A DNA stretch of 64,000 nucleotides from an uncultured Gammaproteobacteria bacterium (GTDB taxonomy: Bacteria; Patescibacteriota; Microgenomatia; Daviesbacterales; UBA10151). A program made the translations under genes and the position numbers. Each line of letters begins with the position of its first letter. The first letter of the stretch is position 1. The stretch lies in contig CAYMZD010000002.1 of NCBI GenBank assembly GCA_964394855.1, forward strand, positions 131,964 to 195,963, in the 5' to 3' direction. Positions 57,725 through 64,000 of the stretch are shown here, piece after piece. The notes below the pieces were generated by a model. The model worked only from the letters and a program-made list of their open reading frames with translations. It was not told the origin of the DNA and made no database searches.

Positions 57725-57973
57725 ATGGCCAAAGTAACAATGTATAAGACAACAACCTGTCCTTATTGTAAAATGGAAGCAGAATACCTAAATTCCAAAG
57801 GGGTTAAGTTTGAGGAAATTTATGTTGACCAGGATCCAAAAGCGGCCGAGGATATGATCAAAATTTCCGGTCAAATGGGAGTACCTTTTACAGTCATCCA
57901 AAAAGATGATGAAGGACAGGTTACTATTTTAGGTTTTGATAGGGAAAAGCTGAATGAAGTTTTAGGACTTTAA
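57725..57973 (+). CDS. Glutaredoxin (NrdH/YruB-like)
   Basis: TCPYC, SGQMGVP, GFD motifs; RBS GGAGGTG. Confidence 0.93.
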   Translation: MAKVTMYKTTTCPYCKMEAEYLNSKGVKFEEIYVDQDPKAAEDMIKISGQMGVPFTVIQKDDEGQVTILGFDREKLNEVLGL

Positions 57974-57974
57974 G

Positions 57975-58184
57975 TCATAACCTACCTGGTAATTGAAAAA
58001 GGAAACCTGCAACAATAAAAATGATGCCAATTAAAACCAGCCAAACCTCGTGTTTAATTTCAGAAAGCACAGGTTTATCAATCTTTCGCTCTTTCTTTAT
58101 TCTGATGTGGACCCGTAGAACTGAAATACCGATTAAAAGTTCGCCAATGGTAGTTAAAATGAACCCCCAGAATGAAAAATCCAT
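57975..58184 (-). CDS. Small two-TM membrane protein
   Basis: Two hydrophobic helices around VH..I.KE.KID; fills an intergenic gap. Confidence 0.65.
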   Translation of the reverse strand: MDFSFWGFILTTIGELLIGISVLRVHIRIKKERKIDKPVLSEIKHEVWLVLIGIIFIVAGFLFQLPGRL

Positions 58185-58202
58185 AATTTTATTTTATACC
58201 AA

Positions 58203-59408
58203 ATGTTAAACTCTAATCAAACTATTAGAAAACAGATTTTAGATTTGATGTTAAGAAATAGAAAACACTGCGACGGCTATCAGTACACTGTTCCCTCGAC
58301 AGTTACTTATCCCTATCAATGGCTTTGGGATTCCTGTTTTCATGCCATAATTTTGTCACACTTAAATATTGAAGACGCCCAAAAAGAGCTTTTATCTTTA
58401 GTTTCAAAGCAGTTTGAAAATGGCATAATTTCTCATATTATTTATTGGGAAAATCATCACAAAACAACTTTTCCCAAAATTGATTGGGGCAAAAAAGGCA
58501 CCAGCAGTATTACCCAGCCTCCACTTCTGGCTTTGGCTGCTTGGTTAGTTTTTCAGAAAAGTAATGATAAAAACTTTTTAAAAACAATTTATCCTCATTT
58601 GTATCACTTTTATAAATATTTGTTGACAGAGCGAGATCCTCATGAAAAACACTTGGTTGGTATTATGAATCCTGATGAATCGGGAGAAGATAACTCTCCA
58701 CGTTTTGATTTACCTTTGGGACTCCCACCCACTCACAGCTTGAAAGATAATGCGAAAAGAAGATTTAAGTTGGTTGAGCAAAACATTGAATGTAATTTTG
58801 ACGCCCCTTTTTGTATGAGAAACTTTTTTTGGGTGAAAGATGTACCTTTTAATTCCATCATGGTGGAAAATTTAAGTATGTTATCACAGATAGCAAAAGA
58901 ACTTGGATTTAATGATGACTCATTTTACTTTAAAAAAGAGAAAGAAAGAATCATCCAAGCTATGAGAAAGTTAATGTTTGATCAGGGGATTTTTTACTCC
59001 ACTTTTGGTGAGAATTATCAAAAGATTAAAGTTAAAACTTGGGCTATTTTTGCTCCACTTTTTGCTAAAATTTACACTAAAAATGAAGCTAGGGAACTAA
59101 TTTATAAACATCTTTTGAATCCAAAAGAGTTTTGGGCAAAATATCCCATTCCCAGCGTATCTTTGGATGAACCATCATTTAATGCCAAAGGTTTCTGGCG
59201 AGGATCTGTTTGGATGGCTATTAATTGGTTTGTTTATAAGGGATTAAAAAATTATGGATTTGATGATATAGCAGAAAAAATTTTACAAATTAGTTTAACT
59301 CTCATTCAAAAATCTGGCTTCAGAGAGCAATTTAACCCCTTAACAGGAGGGGGTTTGGGAGCCAAGAATTTCACCTGGGGCGCTCTAGTGCTGGATATGG
59401 AGAGTTGA
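58203..59408 (+). CDS. GH63/MGH1-like (alpha/alpha)6 glycoside hydrolase
   Basis: YPYQWLWDSCFH, TQPP, ESGEDNSPRF, FWRGSVW, GFREQFNP.TG.G.GA..FTW. Confidence 0.88.
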   Translation: MLNSNQTIRKQILDLMLRNRKHCDGYQYTVPSTVTYPYQWLWDSCFHAIILSHLNIEDAQKELLSLVSKQFENGIISHIIYWENHHKTTFPKIDWGKKGTSSITQPPLLALAAWLVFQKSNDKNFLKTIYPHLYHFYKYLLTERDPHEKHLVGIMNPDESGEDNSPRFDLPLGLPPTHSLKDNAKRRFKLVEQNIECNFDAPFCMRNFFWVKDVPFNSIMVENLSMLSQIAKELGFNDDSFYFKKEKERIIQAMRKLMFDQGIFYSTFGENYQKIKVKTWAIFAPLFAKIYTKNEARELIYKHLLNPKEFWAKYPIPSVSLDEPSFNAKGFWRGSVWMAINWFVYKGLKNYGFDDIAEKILQISLTLIQKSGFREQFNPLTGGGLGAKNFTWGALVLDMES

Positions 59409-59422
59409 TATATAATGGAACT

Positions 59423-59872
59423 ATGATTTATTTGGGAGCTGATCATCGGGGATTTGAGCTAAAGACAAGATTAAAAAAACGTTTATTGGATGAAGGCTAT
59501 ATGGTGGTTGATTTAGGAGCGGATCATCTAGATCCTCAAGATGATTATGTTTTATTTGCCCACAAGGTGGCTGAAGCCACAGTTGCTGATCCTAAAAATC
59601 GCGGTATCATTCTTTGTGGTTCTGGGGCAGGGGTAGATATGGTGGCCAATAAAATAGAAGGTGTAAGATCTGCCCTGGTTTTTGATGTGCCCAGGGCAGT
59701 GCAAGCCCGAGAGCATGAAGATGCCAATGTCATATCACTTCCGGCTGATACCCTGGATGAAGAACAATCTTTTGAAATAGTGAAAGCCTTTTTGGAAACT
59801 GAATTTTCCGGAGAAGAACGCCATCGAAGAAGACTGCAAGAAATACAGGAAGTAGAAGAAGAACATTCATGA
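59423..59872 (+). CDS. rpiB: Ribose-5-phosphate isomerase B
   Basis: GADHRG, CGSGAG..ANK..GVR, ERH.RR. Confidence 0.93.
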   Translation: MIYLGADHRGFELKTRLKKRLLDEGYMVVDLGADHLDPQDDYVLFAHKVAEATVADPKNRGIILCGSGAGVDMVANKIEGVRSALVFDVPRAVQAREHEDANVISLPADTLDEEQSFEIVKAFLETEFSGEERHRRRLQEIQEVEEEHS

Positions 59873-60477
59873 TTCAGATTATACCTGCCATATTGGCAAC
59901 CACAGAGGAAGAATATATTCAGAAACTTAAAAAAATAGAAGAAAATTGGCAATTTAAGAATGATTGGGTACAAATTGACCTCATGGATAATAAATTTGTT
60001 CAAAACAAATCTGTAGGCCCGAAAATTATTGCCAAATACCCCACTGATTTAAAAATTGAAACTCAACTGATGGTGGAATATCCGGAAAATTGGATTGATG
60101 AACTTATAAAAATTCCTGTAGCTAGAATTATTTTCCCGGTTGAAGACAAAGAAGGGATAGCAGAAAGAATAGTTCATATAAAAAATCATGGCATTGAAGT
60201 AGGTTTATCGCTAAACCCGGAAACTGCTGTTGAAACCTTAGAGCCGTTTGCTGATACAATAGATTTAGTGTTGGTGATGTCAGTTCAGCCGGGCTTTGGC
60301 GGACAGGAGTTTATTCCCGAATCCGTGGAAAAGGTCAAAAAAATTAAAGGAATGGGCTGGCCGGTTAAAATTGAAGTGGACGGGGGAATTAATAAAGAGG
60401 TAGCGAAAGATTTGGAAAGATCGGGCGCAGATTATTTAGTGGTGGGATCCCATTTATGGGAGATGTATGGAAAATAA
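59869..60477 (+). CDS. rpe: Ribulose-phosphate 3-epimerase
   Basis: IDLMD..FV, LNPET, MSVQPGFGGQ, EVDGGI, VVGS. Confidence 0.93.
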   Translation: MIQIIPAILATTEEEYIQKLKKIEENWQFKNDWVQIDLMDNKFVQNKSVGPKIIAKYPTDLKIETQLMVEYPENWIDELIKIPVARIIFPVEDKEGIAERIVHIKNHGIEVGLSLNPETAVETLEPFADTIDLVLVMSVQPGFGGQEFIPESVEKVKKIKGMGWPVKIEVDGGINKEVAKDLERSGADYLVVGSHLWEMYGK

Positions 60478-61081
60478 CCAGATTCAACAAATAGCCATTT
60501 TTGGATATGCCGATACCAAGCCCGGCGAGGAGCTTTATGAAAGTGTGGTTAAAGTTACTAAAGCTTTGGCAGAAGCTGGATACACAGTGGTTGACGGGGG
60601 TGGTCCAGGAGTGATGAGGGCAGCCACAGAAGGAGCCAAACAGGGCGGCGGACACGTTATTGGGGTAACTTTTTATCCCAAAGATAGCATGGATTTTGAG
60701 GGCAGGGATTTGGAAAACCGCTTTGATGAAGAAATTAAAACCCAAAATTATGTGGAAAGGACACTGACTCTTTTAAGAAAAGGGCAAGTTTATGTTATTT
60801 TTAAAGGAGGAACCGGGACGATTTCGGAGTTTGGTATGGCCTGGGGACTGGCCCGGCTTTATTTTGGCCACCACAAACCTTTAATTTTGTATGGCAGATT
60901 TTGGGAAAATATCATCAATAATTTATCGGAAAATATGTTGCTTAGGCCAGAGGAGCTCAAGGTTTTTAAAGTCGTTGACTCCCCATTGGAGGTCTTGCAG
61001 GCCATCAAAGAGTTTGAAGAAGAGATCCAAAAAGGAGAACATAAACATTTAAAAATCTCCGAAAGCGACTTTTCAATTTAA
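60467..61081 (+). CDS. LOG-family (Rossmann-fold) protein
   Basis: GGGPGVM.A, GGTGTISE motifs. Confidence 0.88.
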   Translation: MENNQIQQIAIFGYADTKPGEELYESVVKVTKALAEAGYTVVDGGGPGVMRAATEGAKQGGGHVIGVTFYPKDSMDFEGRDLENRFDEEIKTQNYVERTLTLLRKGQVYVIFKGGTGTISEFGMAWGLARLYFGHHKPLILYGRFWENIINNLSENMLLRPEELKVFKVVDSPLEVLQAIKEFEEEIQKGEHKHLKISESDFSI

Positions 61082-61084
61082 GTT

Positions 61085-61696
61085 TTACTCTATAACCGCA
61101 ATAGATCTTGGTTCAAATGTTTTTTTATCTCTGGTGGTAATCCGAAGTCCTGTCGTGCCTCTTGCCAGAGAAAATCCACAGTAGCGTGTATCTGGTACCT
61201 CAATAAATTTCTTTATTCCGTCAACCTCCAATGGAGTACTCATTAAAAGACACCTACCCATAAATCTATACCAACCCTCACGATCTGTGATATTCATACC
61301 CAGTAATTGATAAGAGCTACCAGTTTCAATTAAAAAACCACCACCAAACCATGGTAAAACTTGAGATCTGTATCTATCCATAATCAAAGCTTGATTTTCA
61401 GCTGATTTTGTAGGTTGTAAGTCCATCATCAGCAAAAAAGCCTGCCTACCAGCTGTTATTTCCAAAGTAGAATCCAGTGCTATATTGGATTTATTATCAT
61501 CCCTACCGATTAAATCACAAGGATCAAACCCACTTAAAAAACAGTCTCTGGTTACTCTGGTGATGACTTCATCGTTCCAAGAAGGCTTTTGTGGTACATA
61601 AATGTATCTTCTAAAGTTAACAGCCCGTATATCAGGATGTTGGGATACTACCTTTCTAGCGCAATCAATAGTAGATAATCCTAAAAGTGTTTCCAT
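61085..61696 (-). CDS. Hypothetical protein resembling a degenerate AEP (primase-polymerase-like) domain
   Basis: LMMDL, GGFLIETGSSYQ, W..FMG..LL, D.RY....L.....LR pattern. Confidence 0.5.
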   Translation of the reverse strand: METLLGLSTIDCARKVVSQHPDIRAVNFRRYIYVPQKPSWNDEVITRVTRDCFLSGFDPCDLIGRDDNKSNIALDSTLEITAGRQAFLLMMDLQPTKSAENQALIMDRYRSQVLPWFGGGFLIETGSSYQLLGMNITDREGWYRFMGRCLLMSTPLEVDGIKKFIEVPDTRYCGFSLARGTTGLRITTRDKKTFEPRSIAVIE

Positions 61697-61726
61697 GAGC
61701 GGTATTATATATGATATGATAAATTT

Positions 61727-62581
61727 ATGCTATCTGACCATGATATTAAACTGCTGGAAGAGAAAGCTGTTTTAATTCGTGAAGATATTATCAAGATGTT
61801 GCTTGAGGCAGGGTCCGGTCATTCGGCCGGGCCTTTGGGCATGGCTGATATTTTTACGGCTTTATACTTTAATGTTTTAAACCATGATTCTAAAAAGCCG
61901 GACTGGAGCGAGCGGGACAGGTTGGTTTTATCCAATGGCCATATCTGTCCGGTTTTGTATGCCAGCCTGGCCCATGCCGGATATTTTCCCGTTTCCGAAC
62001 TAAAAACTTTACGAAAACTGGGTACCAGATTACAGGGTCATCCTCACAGGGGAACTTTGCCCGGGATTGAAACAACTTCCGGGCCTCTGGGTTCAGGACT
62101 TTCTCAAGCTTGCGGCATGGCTTTAGCCGGATTAATGGACAAAAAAAAGTGGTGGGTTTATTGTTTAACATCAGACGGTGAGCATGATGCCGGTAATACT
62201 TGGGAAGCAATCATGTTTGCTGGTAAAAATAAACTCAATAATTTAACTGTCATCATTGATCGAAATAACATCCAAATTGATGGATTTACAGAAAATATCA
62301 TGCCACTTGAGCCCTTAAAAGAAAAATATGAAGCTTTTAATTGGCATGTTTTGGAAATCGATGGACATAATTTTGAAGCGATTATTGCAGCTTGCAACGG
62401 CGCCAAGGCTATTTTTAACAAACCAGTGGTCATTATAGCCCATACCATTCCCGGAAAAGGGGTGGATTTCATGGAAAAAAATTATCAGTGGCATGGAAAA
62501 CCCCCCAATGCAGAGGAAGAAAAGCTGGCTTTGGCAGAACTTAGAACTTTACAAGGAAAGATTCATTCGGAGCATGAATGA
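61727..62581 (+). CDS. Transketolase, N-terminal subunit
   Basis: GSGH, DRLVLSNGH, LQGHP, SDGE..G..WEA TPP motif. Confidence 0.96.
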   Translation: MLSDHDIKLLEEKAVLIREDIIKMLLEAGSGHSAGPLGMADIFTALYFNVLNHDSKKPDWSERDRLVLSNGHICPVLYASLAHAGYFPVSELKTLRKLGTRLQGHPHRGTLPGIETTSGPLGSGLSQACGMALAGLMDKKKWWVYCLTSDGEHDAGNTWEAIMFAGKNKLNNLTVIIDRNNIQIDGFTENIMPLEPLKEKYEAFNWHVLEIDGHNFEAIIAACNGAKAIFNKPVVIIAHTIPGKGVDFMEKNYQWHGKPPNAEEEKLALAELRTLQGKIHSEHE

Positions 62582-63576
62582 TAAATAAAAACGCTTATCT
62601 TAATCCAAAATTATTTGACAGCGATATTGAACAAGTACCATCCAGAAATGGTTATGGAGAGGGTTTGGTTTTGGCAGGGGAGGAAAATAAAAATGTGGTG
62701 GCGCTTTGTGCCGATTTAACGGAAAGTACTCGCACGGAAGCTTTTAAAGAAAAATTCCCTGACCGTTTTGTAGAAATGGGGGTGGCAGAACAAAATTTGG
62801 CTGCTTTAGCTTCGGGCATGGCCGCAGTAGGGAAGGTACCTTTCATTACCTCTTATGCCATGTTTTCTCCCGGCAGAAACTGGGAACAAATAAGAACTAC
62901 CATCTGTTACAATGACCGGCCTGTTAAAATAATTGGTTCTCATGCGGGAATTTCAGTTGGTCCGGATGGAGCCACCCATCAAGCCTTGGAAGATATGGCT
63001 ATTACCAGAGCCCTGCCCAACATGGTGGTGATCGCTCCAACTGATGCAATTGAAGCTAGAAAAGCCACCCTGGCTATTGCCAGATTACCCAAACCTTGTT
63101 ATATGAGGCTGTCCCGAGAAGGAATACCGGTTATCACCACGGAAAATACTCCTTTTGAAATAGGCAAGGCGCAAGTTTTCTGGGGTGGTGATAATCCCAA
63201 AGTGGCCATTGTCGCCTGTGGTCAGATGGTTTATAGAGCGCTGCTTAGTGCCAAAGAGTTGGAAAAGCATAAAATTAGTGTTCGAGTAATAAATTGTCAC
63301 ACTATTAAACCTTTGGATAATATAACCATCCTAAAAGCAGCAGAGGATTGTGGAGCTGTGGTAACAATAGAGGAACATCAAGTTCAGGGTGGTTTAGGTT
63401 CTGCTGTGGCGGAGTTAGTTTCCCAACACTTCCCTGTGCCCATGAAAATTGTGGGAATAGAGGATCATTTTGGGGAGTCTGGTGAGCCCAATGAACTCCT
63501 TTCAAAATTCGGCCTGACTACTGATGCTATTATCAAGGCTGTCACCTCGGTCCTGCGCATGAAGGAAAAGGCTTAA
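62578..63576 (+). CDS. Transketolase, C-terminal subunit
   Basis: GVAEQN, GPDGATHQ, IKPLD, EEH...GGLG. Confidence 0.96.
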   Translation: MINKNAYLNPKLFDSDIEQVPSRNGYGEGLVLAGEENKNVVALCADLTESTRTEAFKEKFPDRFVEMGVAEQNLAALASGMAAVGKVPFITSYAMFSPGRNWEQIRTTICYNDRPVKIIGSHAGISVGPDGATHQALEDMAITRALPNMVVIAPTDAIEARKATLAIARLPKPCYMRLSREGIPVITTENTPFEIGKAQVFWGGDNPKVAIVACGQMVYRALLSAKELEKHKISVRVINCHTIKPLDNITILKAAEDCGAVVTIEEHQVQGGLGSAVAELVSQHFPVPMKIVGIEDHFGESGEPNELLSKFGLTTDAIIKAVTSVLRMKEKA

Positions 63577-64000
63577 GGAGAAAGTAAATCTATAATTTTG
63601 GTCATTAAAGATTTTTGGGTTTCCACTAACTCTCCGGTTTCAGCTGAAACTATGGCTGTTAGAGGTTGAGAAACTGGAATAAATCCTAAAAGTTTAAAAT
63701 CGCGAATGCCGGGGATCTCATATACAGGTACATTATTTTGTAATCCCAATGTTACCACATCACTGACTGAAGTTAACTGCCCGCTGGCGGTACTAACTAT
63801 GGCATTTCTGATAAATGGTGGACCCAGTCTACTTATCACATTGGCTGCCAGCATGTTTTGCACAGCCCGATCCGGCAGAATTGTTAATACTCTGGGGCCA
63901 GCAGAAGTTGAAGCAATCAACTGATTGGTATTAAGATCAATTTGCAAGGGAAAATTAGATAAAGCCCCCACGTTATTTCGGGTTACCAAAAGCTTCCCTC
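63573..64000 (-). CDS. Hypothetical protein, C-terminal part (truncated by window edge)
   Basis: Open frame to window end; PVYEI.G...KLLGFIPV.....VSAETGE motif. Confidence 0.7.
   Translation of the reverse strand, partial: GKLLVTRNNVGALSNFPLQIDLNTNQLIASTSAGPRVLTILPDRAVQNMLAANVISRLGPPFIRNAIVSTASGQLTSVSDVVTLGLQNNVPVYEIPGIRDFKLLGFIPVSQPLTAIVSAETGELVETQKSLMTKIIDLLSP

Noticed and set aside
198-63924. Numerous short antisense ORFs in the ORF track overlapping housekeeping genes
   Set aside because: Shadow frames of well-supported genes with no independent coding evidence.

Overview
Chromosomal window from a Patescibacteria/CPR-type bacterium (Microgenomates-like; inferred from the absence of rpmD between rpsE and rplO, a short AspRS, split transketolase and several GT-C glycosyltransferases). 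1-11.2 kb is the S10-spc-alpha-rplM/rpsI ribosomal superoperon. At tRNA-Pro(GGG) (12596-12670) sits a ~9.6 kb integrated island with a large serine recombinase, a DUF2188 gene pair, LexA, an Alw26I/Eco31I/Esp3I-family Type IIS R-M system and an NYN nuclease. It is organised by four related att-like sites sharing a CGAC core, one of them inverted, so the recombinase gene and the cargo are each bracketed by perfect inverted repeats (103 and 88 bp) and the recombinase has swappable C-termini. The rest is mostly housekeeping (recA/recX, rny, HU, miaA, rnpB, secD/F, cca, recJ, aspS, gltX, tRNA-Gln, redox and pentose-phosphate clusters). One exception is 46.3-48.0 kb, where a short-Stem-I T-box riboswitch and a Leu/Ile/Val leader-peptide attenuator both lie upstream of small proteins of unknown function. 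All family assignments are by eye from motifs; no searches were run.
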